Origin: Thermoplasmata archaeon
GTDB taxonomy: Archaea > Thermoplasmatota > Thermoplasmata > GCA-020350865
Assembly (NCBI GenBank): GCA_020348445.1
Contig: CP070751.1
Location: forward strand, 4,569,709-4,633,708
Reading direction: 5' to 3'
Length of the DNA: 64,000 nt
The notes under the pieces are model-generated. The model did no database searches, was not told the DNA's origin, and worked only from the letters and a program-made list of their open reading frames with translations. The stretch's first letter is position 1; each line of letters begins with the position of its first letter. Positions 36,917 through 46,890 of this stretch are shown in pieces. The position numbers and the translations under genes are program-made.

Positions 36917-39325
36917 ATGAATACGGGAACTTTAATCATCTATCTTGCATTTGCGTTTGCTATCTTCACATTGATACTGTGCCTAGTCGACCTAATATTC
37001 AAATGGCTGGAAAAAAAGCTCCCAGAAAAACTCCCTCTTTTCACCAAAATCTCATCAATTATTTCCTTTGCTTTCCTTACCATAGCGCTATTGCTCCTAT
37101 ACATATATTTCATCACTTCCAACATGGATATCAAGTATGTATGGGAATACTCTTCCACGCAGGCTCCATTGGAGTACAAGATAGCGGGTGTTTTAGCGGG
37201 TATGAAGGGCTCATTATTGTTCTGGATATGGTGTATGGGTTTTAGCCTGTTTGTCGAGGAGATAATCGATCTTAGGAAACCCAAGAACAAGGTGTTGATG
37301 AATTTAACCAGGGCCATTATGATGATAATAATTGCCATATTCCTTTACTTTTTAATTACCAGGGATCTATTTGCTGAGACACCAAAGAATTTTCTCGATG
37401 CCAGACCAGGCGGATATGGATTGAGTCCCCTTCTTCAAACCCCTCTTATGATAGCCCATCCCCCCATCGTTTTTATTGCCTATGGCTTTATCGTCATTGC
37501 ATTGGCCTCCTCCATGGCTTACCTCATTTGCAACGAAAAGGATTGGGTCAAACTTTCCATGCCCTGGAGCAGATGGGCTTGGTTCTTTTTGACCCTTGGA
37601 ATCGGAGTAGGCGGGTTGTGGGCCTATGTGGTTCTAGGTTGGGGAGGTTACTGGGCCTGGGATCCTGTCGAGACATCATCGTTTCTACCTTGGATATTAC
37701 TAACCGCGTTCTTGCATGCCCAAATCATGTTTAAAAGAAAAGGGGAATATAAATTTGCAGCACCGGCATTAGGGATATATACCTTTGTTTTGGTTATTTT
37801 TGCCACCTTCACCACAAGGGCAGGGGGAATATGGCAATCTGTCCATGCCTTTGGTCAGGCAGATGTTCAGGTGGGTGCCTATGATAGGTTCATCTCGGTT
37901 TTAAATGACGATACCGTGATCCTGGGATATTTCGTTCTTATGGTAGGCGTCGCGATTTTAGGAGCAATCCTTCTGATATGGGCTCTTGTGAAAAGAGGAG
38001 GAGACGAAGAACATTCTGAAGCCCCAGAGCGGGGATTTCTTGAGGAGGTCATCAACGATAGAAGCCTTATGTTCATCACCCTTATCGTATTCACGATTAG
38101 TACTATCGTGACCCTGTTTCTTCTAATCATGGCAGTGGATGGATTGGATAGAACTGTATTTGACACGAGAGTGGGTTTCTTTGCCATGGTTGGGATCGTC
38201 GTTTTGGTAGTATGCCTTATCTGGAAGTACATCGGGATTTGGGCCACTGTCCTTTCAATCTTACTTACTTTGTGCATTACTGTGATTCTGTGGTTTCTAT
38301 TCCCAGATTATGAAAATGTTGTTCTCACCGCACCTTTTCTTGCCCTTGCCCTGGGGGTCTCGGTATATAAGATCATCAAATCTATCAACAAAAAAAGCCT
38401 AAGGGGAAGTATTAACGGCATAGCCCCTCACCTGGTTCATCTAGGCGTGGTTCTTATACTCATAGGTTTCGTTGCCAGCAATTTCTCATCCACCGAGGAG
38501 AAGGTAACGCTTGATTTAAATGGATCTTCTCAGAAGGTTGGAAATTATGAAGTAAAATTGGTTGATGGGGAATATATTCAATATGACTCCATCTTCGCCA
38601 CCATCGAGATATCGCAGGATGGTAATGTTATTGGGACTGCAAAGCCTGGTGGAGTGTATATTTACAAGTATCTGTTTAGCCTTGACTCAGAATATGAACA
38701 ATATTTATCTGATGGTTATTTGGATTTCAACATGCATATGGCATTTCAAGATCACAATCAATTTCTGTCCATGTTTGCATTTATTTACAACGTAGATACC
38801 AACAAATGGATAATTGAAGATTACATAAGTGAAAATAATCTTCGATTATATCAGATAATAAATACAGGATCAGATATAGAAATATATACCAACCCGCAGT
38901 GGCGCAATGAGATAAGTGTCCATAGTACCCCTTTTGAGGATGTTTACCTTATTTTCAATGGAGATCCCATTTCGAGCAGCACATTTACTCAGGTCGAATT
39001 TGAGGTGAAAGTTCTTCCCTTAATGAACTTCCTATGGATGGGAATGTGGCTTATGGCCATTGGAATATTCATGAGATTGATAGTCGATTATACAAGACCA
39101 AAAGTAAAAACCGAGTCCCGAGCCAAAAGAAGGGCAAGGATGCGGGGCGAAGAGGCAAGCGAAGAAGAGGGTGAGGAAGAGGAGGAAGAGAAGGACGAAG
39201 AAGAGGAGGGTGAAGAGGAGGAGGGTGAAGAGGATGAAGGCGAAGGAGAGGAGGGTGAAGAGGAGGAAAAAGGCATTGATTACTATGAGGACCTGATAGA
39301 AAAGGAACTTGAGGAGCTGGATTAG
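36917..39325 (+). CDS. ccmF: Cytochrome c biogenesis protein CcmF with acidic tail
   Basis: LAGMKGSLLFW, MIAHPP, WAYVVLGWGGYWAWDPVETSSFLPW, LHAQ, SVHAF, HLGV, PLMNFLW. Confidence 0.93.
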   Translation: MNTGTLIIYLAFAFAIFTLILCLVDLIFKWLEKKLPEKLPLFTKISSIISFAFLTIALLLLYIYFITSNMDIKYVWEYSSTQAPLEYKIAGVLAGMKGSLLFWIWCMGFSLFVEEIIDLRKPKNKVLMNLTRAIMMIIIAIFLYFLITRDLFAETPKNFLDARPGGYGLSPLLQTPLMIAHPPIVFIAYGFIVIALASSMAYLICNEKDWVKLSMPWSRWAWFFLTLGIGVGGLWAYVVLGWGGYWAWDPVETSSFLPWILLTAFLHAQIMFKRKGEYKFAAPALGIYTFVLVIFATFTTRAGGIWQSVHAFGQADVQVGAYDRFISVLNDDTVILGYFVLMVGVAILGAILLIWALVKRGGDEEHSEAPERGFLEEVINDRSLMFITLIVFTISTIVTLFLLIMAVDGLDRTVFDTRVGFFAMVGIVVLVVCLIWKYIGIWATVLSILLTLCITVILWFLFPDYENVVLTAPFLALALGVSVYKIIKSINKKSLRGSINGIAPHLVHLGVVLILIGFVASNFSSTEEKVTLDLNGSSQKVGNYEVKLVDGEYIQYDSIFATIEISQDGNVIGTAKPGGVYIYKYLFSLDSEYEQYLSDGYLDFNMHMAFQDHNQFLSMFAFIYNVDTNKWIIEDYISENNLRLYQIINTGSDIEIYTNPQWRNEISVHSTPFEDVYLIFNGDPISSSTFTQVEFEVKVLPLMNFLWMGMWLMAIGIFMRLIVDYTRPKVKTESRAKRRARMRGEEASEEEGEEEEEEKDEEEEGEEEEGEEDEGEGEEGEEEEKGIDYYEDLIEKELEELD

Positions 39326-39506
39326 ATCCAAGACTTTTTCAATGAGGAAGAACTTGTAAAATGTTTACAGATTGAACTGTTCTCGCCAATGAGAACCATT
39401 AAATTTCTCGATTATGTAAATATCGATGTGTTATATAACGAACCTCGACAATAGTTTTAATAGGGTGCAGTGTATTAAGGGGCTTTAATTCAAATGGTGA
39501 GCGATT

Positions 39507-40025
39507 ATGTTTAAAAATCCATCAAGAAGGGAAAAATGTGACCTGGCAAGGAGGTGGGAGGGTCTTGATTTGGATCTTCTCCCTATTGATTCACTTGATG
39601 TTAGTATCCTTTGTATTCTGAGGGATAATTCAAGGGCCAGCAATGCAGAGATAGCAAGGTTGTTGGATACAAGTGAGGCCACCATAAGGCGAAGGATCAA
39701 GGGCATGATAGACAAGGGTATAATCGCTGGTTTTTCTACCTACATCAACTATGCTCTCATCGAGAATCCAGTAAAGGCGTATATCCATCTAAAGGTTAGG
39801 ACTGAGCAGATGGAATCTGTTATTGAGAGCATTAAATCACATAACATGATGCTTGCATTATATCGCGTGACAGGTGAATACGACCTCTTATGCGTGACTC
39901 TCTTTTCATCCATGAATGGATTGCATGAATTTCTCGATTACTTCCTTGGAATCGATGGGATAATCGAAACGAATGCCCAGATTGTCATGAAAGCCCACAA
40001 GGGTGTTCCATGGACAGGAATATGA
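39507..40025 (+). CDS. Lrp/AsnC family transcriptional regulator
   Basis: DSLDVSILCILRDNSRASNAEIARLL..SEATIRRRIK HTH; VTGEYDL ligand-binding domain. Confidence 0.9.
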   Translation: MFKNPSRREKCDLARRWEGLDLDLLPIDSLDVSILCILRDNSRASNAEIARLLDTSEATIRRRIKGMIDKGIIAGFSTYINYALIENPVKAYIHLKVRTEQMESVIESIKSHNMMLALYRVTGEYDLLCVTLFSSMNGLHEFLDYFLGIDGIIETNAQIVMKAHKGVPWTGI

Positions 40026-40096
40026 GCCCAATGGCTGCCCAAGATCGGATCTACTAAATAGTTATAAAGAAATAAAAAAAGGAGAAAGAAAGAAGT

Positions 40097-42343
40097 TTAT
40101 ACTTCTTCTTCTAATTCTTCTTCCATTGGTGGTTCTGCTGGTGGCTCCTCTGGTGGAAGTGATGGTTTACTCCCGCCTTTTTTAAGCATCATAACAAAGA
40201 GAAGCACTATCACTACAATCAAGACGATAATTATTATAAGATACATGGTTGTTTCTGCTTCTTCTTTGACTTCTTTTTCTACTGTTTGTGGTTCTTTTAC
40301 TGTTGAGTCCCACGGAGCAGGATCCTCGGTGTCCGCGACTCCGTCTCCATCGTCATCTGTGTCCTTGTTGTCACCTGTGTTATCCCCATCAGTGTCCACC
40401 CACTCTGAGGGATTAGTTGGGAATGCATCGTCGGTATCAAGGACTCCGTCGTTGTCGTCATCTGTATCTGTTGAGTCGGGCTTATAATCCTTATCAGTGT
40501 CAAGGGGTGTGTCGTCTGGATCCTTTGGGTCTGCTCCTTCAGTTCCCTCGACTGTATCGTTGTAGCCATCATTGTCATCATCATCATCAGAGGTATCTGC
40601 TGTTCCATCACCGTCGAAATCTGGTGCCAGTGTGAAGTCCTGAGTGGTTACAGCCGCTGCAGAAATGACTACACCTGTAGTTTCCTTTTCAATTGTCCCC
40701 AGTTTAAATGCTGATACTGTATAGGTCCCAGGTTCCATAATCAGTGTGTAATTTCCATCAGAATCAGTCTTTGTTCCATGTCCATTTATGGAAATGAAAA
40801 CATCTGCAATACCAACATCAGATTCATCTGTTACTTTTCCTTTGAGTATCCCTACGCTTAGTTCCTCAATTATCTCCGTAAAATTGCCTTTTGCAGCATT
40901 TAATAGGGCAATGCCGTAGGCAGGGTTATGAGCTCCATGGGAGGCATGTTCTGCAAGCTCCATATCATATTCAGCCTGCTCGAATAGTTCGTCTAGGTGA
41001 TCGGTCCAGGTTCCATTTCCCTCTGCAATATCCTTTATACCTCTTTGTATTACAACATCATCCTCTTCAATACCGTCAATAATGTGATAAAGAGCCTCGA
41101 CCTCTTCAGTTAGCGTTTCATGTCTTTCCTGAGCCGCTTCTACTACATGCTCCCATTCCTCATAAAGTTCAAGATATTCAGTTTCCCATTTGGTCCAGTT
41201 TACTGTGTCGTCTACATCTGGGATGGCATATACAACCTCACCGTCCTCAACTACAACCTGGCCGTTGTCGAATTCCGGATATCCTTTAAATATCTCTGAG
41301 TGGCATTGTAAACAGGCTTGAATTGATGCTGTGAAGCTGTGGCCTTGCCGCTCATATATCGTGCCTCGTAAACCGCGGGGTGAGCTCCACATATGGCATT
41401 CAACACAGGATACTTCATCCATATATGGGTAGTCATCGCGATCAACAGACGGAGTATCAGCTAGATCCTCGGTTCTCATTGTCTCATGATGACCGCCGTT
41501 ATGACATGCGTCACAAGAGTCTTCTACTTCCCATCTCAATTGATATTCATGAGTGTTTGCGGGATCGGGGTGAGGATCATGGCAGTCTCCGCATGTTATG
41601 CCTCTGAAATCTTCTTTTGAAATCTGATTTTCAGGCTTAGATTGATCGGCACGATCAATTGAACTGTCATATTGAGATGGTGATTTACACCTTGCACAGC
41701 GTTTGTTCATTCCATCATCCCAGGATGGATCATTTTCGTAAGGGGCATGCATGGATTGGGTCCAACCCCCAATTGTTTCATTTCCCCACTGGCGGTATCC
41801 AGAATGGCATCCTGCTTCATCTGTTCCGGCGCATGCCTCGGCATATCTATCGGGGCCGAGATTGATATCGCTTGCCGATGCAGAACTCTTGTGGGCACTT
41901 CCAGGCCCATGGCAATTCTCGCAGCCTATTTTAAGTAGTGGAAGATTGTAGGGATCATCCCAGGGCAATTCTGGATCAAAACCCCCGATATCTGTCTGGT
42001 TGAAACCAACAACGTGACATTCTCCACAATCACCAATTAAATCGGTGGTACCATTTTCATAATGACCTCCTACCCTAATCATAGTATATTTGTTCAAATA
42101 TTCGCCATGGTAGGTCCAGTCTTTAGCAAAATCGATTCCGTGCAAAGTTGCAGACCAGTTTTGATATTCTTGTGTAGAGGATCCATGTCTGCAGCTATTG
42201 CATTCCTCAGAGCCAACGTACGTTTCTCCTGCTCTCGTGCCATGGTCGCCAGGTCCTTCTGTTTCGTCTGCTGTGGCAACCAATGCGATCACCACAACTA
42301 GTACAAAAAATCCGAATATTAACAAGGCGTTTCGTGTGTTCAT
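40097..42343 (-). CDS. Surface-anchored multiheme cytochrome c: c554-like N-domain, NrfA-like pentaheme core (CxxCK), carboxypeptidase-regulatory-like domain, TSP3-like acidic repeats, C-terminal TM
   Basis: CNSCRH, CGECH, CENCH, CAGTDEAGCH, then CARCKSP (DNA checked: TGT GCA AGG TGT AAA), CGDCH, CDACH, CVECH, CLQCH; ELAEHASHGAHNP tail; DxDxDG repeats. Confidence 0.85.
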   Translation of the reverse strand: MNTRNALLIFGFFVLVVVIALVATADETEGPGDHGTRAGETYVGSEECNSCRHGSSTQEYQNWSATLHGIDFAKDWTYHGEYLNKYTMIRVGGHYENGTTDLIGDCGECHVVGFNQTDIGGFDPELPWDDPYNLPLLKIGCENCHGPGSAHKSSASASDINLGPDRYAEACAGTDEAGCHSGYRQWGNETIGGWTQSMHAPYENDPSWDDGMNKRCARCKSPSQYDSSIDRADQSKPENQISKEDFRGITCGDCHDPHPDPANTHEYQLRWEVEDSCDACHNGGHHETMRTEDLADTPSVDRDDYPYMDEVSCVECHMWSSPRGLRGTIYERQGHSFTASIQACLQCHSEIFKGYPEFDNGQVVVEDGEVVYAIPDVDDTVNWTKWETEYLELYEEWEHVVEAAQERHETLTEEVEALYHIIDGIEEDDVVIQRGIKDIAEGNGTWTDHLDELFEQAEYDMELAEHASHGAHNPAYGIALLNAAKGNFTEIIEELSVGILKGKVTDESDVGIADVFISINGHGTKTDSDGNYTLIMEPGTYTVSAFKLGTIEKETTGVVISAAAVTTQDFTLAPDFDGDGTADTSDDDDDNDGYNDTVEGTEGADPKDPDDTPLDTDKDYKPDSTDTDDDNDGVLDTDDAFPTNPSEWVDTDGDNTGDNKDTDDDGDGVADTEDPAPWDSTVKEPQTVEKEVKEEAETTMYLIIIIVLIVVIVLLFVMMLKKGGSKPSLPPEEPPAEPPMEEELEEEV

Positions 42344-42430
42344 GATGATTCCCCATCTTTACCCATGAATGTTTGGAAAGAGGTATCAAGGTGACGATAT
42401 ATAAACGTTATTGTTATGTTTTTGAATATG

Positions 42431-42446
42431 TATAAAAAGTTTTTCG
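42431..42446 (-). promoter_or_regulatory. Candidate archaeal BRE/TATA promoter for the cytochrome gene
   Basis: Minus strand reads CGAAAAAC-TTTTTATA about 90 nt upstream of ATG 42343. Confidence 0.35.
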
Positions 42447-42667
42447 TAATAATAGAATCTATATTTGACTTGATTATAATGTTTTTCGCAAATATATTTA
42501 CGATATTTTATAATTTACTATGAATTCATTATTTAACGCGCTTGATATTCAGAGATAAAGAATATATAACTTATTCGTCGAGAACCTGATTGATTTCGGG
42601 TTAGAAAACTATAAATCTGACGAATCCTATACACGACTCTGGACGTAATCGATAAGGGGGAAAAAAG

Positions 42668-43153
42668 ATGACAAAAGATAAGGATTTAAGACCCATGACA
42701 TACCCAGAATTAGGAGCCTTGCTCCATGGGATTCTTTTTGCGTACGAGAAGGTTGTTGCGGAATTGTATGAAGGGAAACATAAGATATTGTTTCCATATA
42801 TTATGGAAGATCTCACAAAGGTTCTGAGCACACAAGATATGAAAATAGTGGACCCCAATTTCTCTTTTGAAGAGAACGTTAAAGGCATTACAGCATATCT
42901 TTCGAATGATGAGCTGCTAAAAGGAGTGTCCTTAAAAAAGGACGATCAGGATAAATATACCTTTGAAATTGAGGAGTGCTCACTTGCCGTGTCCGGCGTT
43001 CATGATATCCTTAAATTACACGGAGGCACTTGCCCCTTTGCCTTGGCTGTGGCAGCAGCTCTTACCAGTGTCCTTTCCGGGGGCCGTTATGTAGATTTAG
43101 CTGAATCTGAATATTCAGATAAGGGATCCAAGACCGTGTTAATGATAAAATGA
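42668..43153 (+). CDS. Hypothetical protein, V4R-like small-ligand-binding domain
   Basis: FEIEEC..H...TCPF..A pattern resembles V4R domains; identification is by eye only. Confidence 0.5.
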   Translation: MTKDKDLRPMTYPELGALLHGILFAYEKVVAELYEGKHKILFPYIMEDLTKVLSTQDMKIVDPNFSFEENVKGITAYLSNDELLKGVSLKKDDQDKYTFEIEECSLAVSGVHDILKLHGGTCPFALAVAAALTSVLSGGRYVDLAESEYSDKGSKTVLMIK

Positions 43154-43175
43154 GATTAACCAGGGGTAGATTGAG

Positions 43176-43739
43176 ATGAAAAAGAAGAACATAAAAAACA
43201 AAGGAAAGAAAAAGAAATCAGAGAAAAAAGCCACTGAAGCACCGAGGACTGAAAAAAATGTTCAAGAATTGTTCTCGGAACTACTATATCAACCCCCAAT
43301 TGACAATACTGATATGAAATTATTACAGCTTCTTCAAAAGAACGCGAGAATGACAAACATAGAACTTGCAGAAAAATTGAATATGAGCGAAGCAACTGTA
43401 AGAAGGAGAATCAACAACCTTTTTGACAGGGGATTCATCAGGGGATTCTCAGCTCTTCTTGATTATAAGAAGATGGGAAATGCCGTGAAAGCCAATGTAC
43501 TTGCCAAGGTTGATAAGGATAAATTAGAAGAGGTGGCAAATTCTCTAAAGAAACATAGAAATGCACACATGATATGTCAGGTTATTGGAAGCTATAATCT
43601 CTATTGCGAGCTGATTTTTAACAACATGATAGAGCTGCAGGATTTCACTGACAAGTTAGCCAATAACGAATATGTGAATAGCATGGAATACTATATTATA
43701 ACAAAATCGTTTAAAGCATGTCCGTGGTCTGGAATTTAA
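43176..43739 (+). CDS. Lrp/AsnC family transcriptional regulator (paralog of 39507..40025)
   Basis: DNTDMKLLQLLQKNARMTNIELAEKL..SEATVRRRI; both paralogs end in PW(T/S)GI. Confidence 0.9.
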   Translation: MKKKNIKNKGKKKKSEKKATEAPRTEKNVQELFSELLYQPPIDNTDMKLLQLLQKNARMTNIELAEKLNMSEATVRRRINNLFDRGFIRGFSALLDYKKMGNAVKANVLAKVDKDKLEEVANSLKKHRNAHMICQVIGSYNLYCELIFNNMIELQDFTDKLANNEYVNSMEYYIITKSFKACPWSGI

Positions 43740-43848
43740 GGACTAATATTAGAGCTAGTATAATACTATCAGAAATTTATATTTGATTAATTATTATTGG
43801 ATCAATTCTCTATTCCTCGAATTGGAGGTTTCAATGGGAGCAGTATCC

Positions 43849-44848
43849 TGTAAAGTAAACAGACATCGGTAACATTCTTTTTCATTTTAACCCGTTAGGG
43901 TCTGAGGAATCGGGATGGGATGCTTAGACCCCGAAACGAGGCGATTAATGGTAAACGCAGTCAGAAATGGACATAAGGTAGGAGAAGTTGCAGAGATATT
44001 CGATGTTAGTAGGAAAACCGTATGGAAATGGTGTAAACGGACTATGAAGGTGGGTAGACCAGTCTACAAGGATCTACCAAAACGTCCGCATACAATTCAT
44101 AAAAGGGTAACAGAAGCCGCAGAAGTAGCTATAATAGTTCTACGGGAGGCGTTCAACTGGGGTACACAGCGAATTAAGCTCAATCTTGAACGCCCTCCCT
44201 CATATATTCGTACCCTGCTGGAAAGTACTACAGGGAAAGAATGGAAACCTATTATATTGAGCAGACAGGCCATTAACAATGTCTTGAAGAAGCATGATAT
44301 AAACGGTAGTCCTTACAAGAGCAAGAGGGACTGGAACTATTTTAGAGCTTCGAGACCTGACGAACTCTGGCAGATCGATATCAGGGGACCGATAAGGATA
44401 GGTAAAATAAGAGGTTATGTCCTTGTCATACTGGATGACTATTCCAGATATCTGATCTGGTGTAAATTCTATGAGAGGATTACCACCAAGGTGGTTCTCT
44501 CTGCGTTGTCTTACCTGGCTGTAACAAGGAAGAGAAAGCCACAAAAGATACTTGTGGATAATGGAACCCAATTTAAGATATCTTTTGAGAATGGCTGTAA
44601 AGATATGGAAATCGAGGTCGAACACACCCCTCCCTATTACCCCCAATGCAAGGGTAAGGTAGAACGGGTAATTCGGACCTTTAATGAGGAATTCCTCAGG
44701 GTTTGCAGTGTATTTGATAACTCCCATGCCCTGATGCCTGAGTTCCAGGCATGGTATAATGATTCTCGTTACCATATGGGCATATCTGATTTTCCAAATG
44801 AACTATATAACAACCATTTCGATGTTACCTATGTCCCTTGACATTACA
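43849..44848 (+). mobile_element. IS481-family insertion sequence, 1000 bp, 27-bp imperfect terminal inverted repeats
   Basis: Left end TGTAAAGTAAACAGACATCGGTAACAT versus reverse complement of right end TGTAATGTCAAGGGACATAGGTAACAT (22/27 identical); TGT...ACA termini. Confidence 0.88.
43915..44841 (+). CDS. IS481-family DDE transposase (HTH + integrase core)
   Basis: HTH (VAEIFDVSRKTVWKW), WQIDIRG, LDDYSR, VDNGTQF, KVERVIRT; the DDE triad appears intact. Confidence 0.9.
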   Translation: MGCLDPETRRLMVNAVRNGHKVGEVAEIFDVSRKTVWKWCKRTMKVGRPVYKDLPKRPHTIHKRVTEAAEVAIIVLREAFNWGTQRIKLNLERPPSYIRTLLESTTGKEWKPIILSRQAINNVLKKHDINGSPYKSKRDWNYFRASRPDELWQIDIRGPIRIGKIRGYVLVILDDYSRYLIWCKFYERITTKVVLSALSYLAVTRKRKPQKILVDNGTQFKISFENGCKDMEIEVEHTPPYYPQCKGKVERVIRTFNEEFLRVCSVFDNSHALMPEFQAWYNDSRYHMGISDFPNELYNNHFDVTYVP

Positions 44849-44918
44849 GAATGCAAAAGGTTAAATACTTGTCCAAAAAAAATCCAATATTCTTAATTAT
44901 GGCCCACTACATTATATA

Positions 44919-46628
44919 TTGGGTACTATGGTAAAAGAAATTGATTGCCGCATGATGTTACTATGGGCATTCTGCTTTCTTATTCTTCTTTCCAACATAG
45001 ATTTTGATGATGCAGCTATCCATATATGTGATGATAAGATCGAGGCAGATGGCCTTCGGGAATCTTACCCCCCTCTTTTGGTCCGTACCACCCGCTCTCC
45101 AGGTCCTGATCTCACACTGGACCCCCCAGTTGTAATAACAGATGATAGCGAGAACATCACATTTTCAATCCAGGAACCCAATGAGGGGGAAACAGTTTTG
45201 ATAAATTCCACTGTTACAAATAATGGTGATGAAAATGCCACGGCATTAGTTGAGTTCTACGACGGACATCCTGATGAAGAGGATCTCATAGGCTCGGATA
45301 CGGTCTTCGTAGAGCCTGGATTGTCCATTCCCGTTTCAACACAATGGAACACCTCCGGTGAGGACGAGGATCATATCATCTATGTCGTGGTGGACCCTGA
45401 AGATGTGGTAAACGAAACCGATGAGAGCAACAACATCGTCCAAAAGGGTATCATAGTGAATCAGGTGCCTCTTGCAGACGCTGGGGACGACCTTTTAGCC
45501 TTTGTTGATCATCCGGTATTGTTGGATGGAAGCGGCTCGTGGGACTCATCCTCGGACATTGATGTTCTGAATTACACCTGGGAATTCGGTGACGGGACAA
45601 CAGGATACGGAGAGATCGTTGAGCACACATACCTTGAAGACGGTACGTTCACTGTCACATTAGCGGTTAGGGATAACGGCCTGGCCCTAGGTTTGGATAT
45701 GATAACCATCGAGGTTCGTCATCTCCCCATCCAAATCACACTGGCTGAGAACCTGAAGCCTTTAAGTTGCCGCCCAGGACAGGAGGTGGAGATTTCTGGC
45801 AGCATTGAAATCGAATTCTCTCCTGCAATCCCAGATATCGAAATACCCCTCCTGACGGTGAAGATAGAAATACCGGAAACCGGAAGCAACTGGTCCACGC
45901 AATCGGATGTGAATGGAAATTATAGGGTCTATATAACGGCTCCAAATAGCACAGGGACCTACACCGTGGAAGCTTCCATCACCTATGGACCGATTTATAG
46001 GTCAACTTCAAAAGTTCTTGCGGTCTCGGAGGGAAAAAGTGCTTCCTTCTTCACAGTGGAATCTGGTTTTATAGTCATAGTCCTGGCCGCAATGGCCGTT
46101 TTAGGAATCATATATGGCGGATCTGAGCTGGGAAGGTATAGTATTCTCCTTATCATATTCGTTCCACTCTACACACGGATTAAAAAGGACAAGGTTCTGG
46201 ATCATTTTCACAGAGGCAGGCTCTTCAATTACATAGAACTTCATCCCGGTGTCACGTTCACGGAACTGAAGAAGAAATTCTCCTTTAAAAACGGCAATCT
46301 GGTGTATCATTTAAATTTCCTGGAGAAAACGGAATTCATAAAATCCTTTAAAGAGGGAAGGCACAGGCGGTTCTATCTCAAGGGTGATTTCTCGAGGACT
46401 GAGGATTTCTCAATATATGTCAATGATATCCAAAAAAAGATCATTTCCGTGATAGAGCAGAATCCGGGCGTCACCCAAAGCAGGATCGCGGCTATCCTAG
46501 GAACCTCCCGGCAGAAGATAAGCTATAATATCAATACTCTGGATTATGCAGGCCTTATCCACAGCGTCAGGGAGGGAAGCCGCAAGATAAGGTATTACCC
46601 GGTGGAGGCCGAGGGGAAAGCAACGTGA
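44919..46628 (+). CDS. Membrane-anchored regulator: CARDB + PKD extracellular domains, TM, cytoplasmic tandem winged-HTH
   Basis: VVVDPEDVVNETDESNN (CARDB), LDGSGSWD..YTWEFGDG..HTY..G.FTVTL.V.D (PKD), TM, then PLYTRIKKDKVLDHFHRGRLFNYIELHPG..L.YHL..LE and a second wHTH (IEQNPGVTQSRIA). Confidence 0.82.
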   Translation: MGTMVKEIDCRMMLLWAFCFLILLSNIDFDDAAIHICDDKIEADGLRESYPPLLVRTTRSPGPDLTLDPPVVITDDSENITFSIQEPNEGETVLINSTVTNNGDENATALVEFYDGHPDEEDLIGSDTVFVEPGLSIPVSTQWNTSGEDEDHIIYVVVDPEDVVNETDESNNIVQKGIIVNQVPLADAGDDLLAFVDHPVLLDGSGSWDSSSDIDVLNYTWEFGDGTTGYGEIVEHTYLEDGTFTVTLAVRDNGLALGLDMITIEVRHLPIQITLAENLKPLSCRPGQEVEISGSIEIEFSPAIPDIEIPLLTVKIEIPETGSNWSTQSDVNGNYRVYITAPNSTGTYTVEASITYGPIYRSTSKVLAVSEGKSASFFTVESGFIVIVLAAMAVLGIIYGGSELGRYSILLIIFVPLYTRIKKDKVLDHFHRGRLFNYIELHPGVTFTELKKKFSFKNGNLVYHLNFLEKTEFIKSFKEGRHRRFYLKGDFSRTEDFSIYVNDIQKKIISVIEQNPGVTQSRIAAILGTSRQKISYNINTLDYAGLIHSVREGSRKIRYYPVEAEGKAT

Positions 46629-46890
46629 GGAACTTGAGATTGAGATTAAAGATCAATGGAAATAATGATCATTCTCCCCCTAAGGATTTGAATATGTCTT
46701 GGCCATGCAGCGGGATTGGTATTGTAATTTCTTATTATCGAGCTCATATTCAATTCACAATATACTGACGAAAAATTTTAAATAGTTGTCAAAGTGAGTT
46801 CCAATATTCTTATTAATGTACCTAACCAATGAAATATGCGTACAACACAGATAGATCTAATCCGAATTAGAAGGTAGGAGATGATATAAT

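Noticed and set aside
39088-39276. Ser-rich antisense ORFs (also 47582..47809 and 40245..40487)
   Set aside because: Reverse-strand shadows of Glu/Asp-rich coding stretches.
39507-43739. Lrp-like proteins as AhbA/AhbB siroheme decarboxylase
   Set aside because: They lack the Q..FP....PY motif of AhbA/B and have ordinary AsnC HTH signatures.
43824-44920. Gene interrupted by IS481 (GGAGGT..ATG GGA GCA GTA TCC just left of the IS)
   Set aside because: Joining the flanks gives only about 20 codons before TAA, out of frame with the ORF at 44919.
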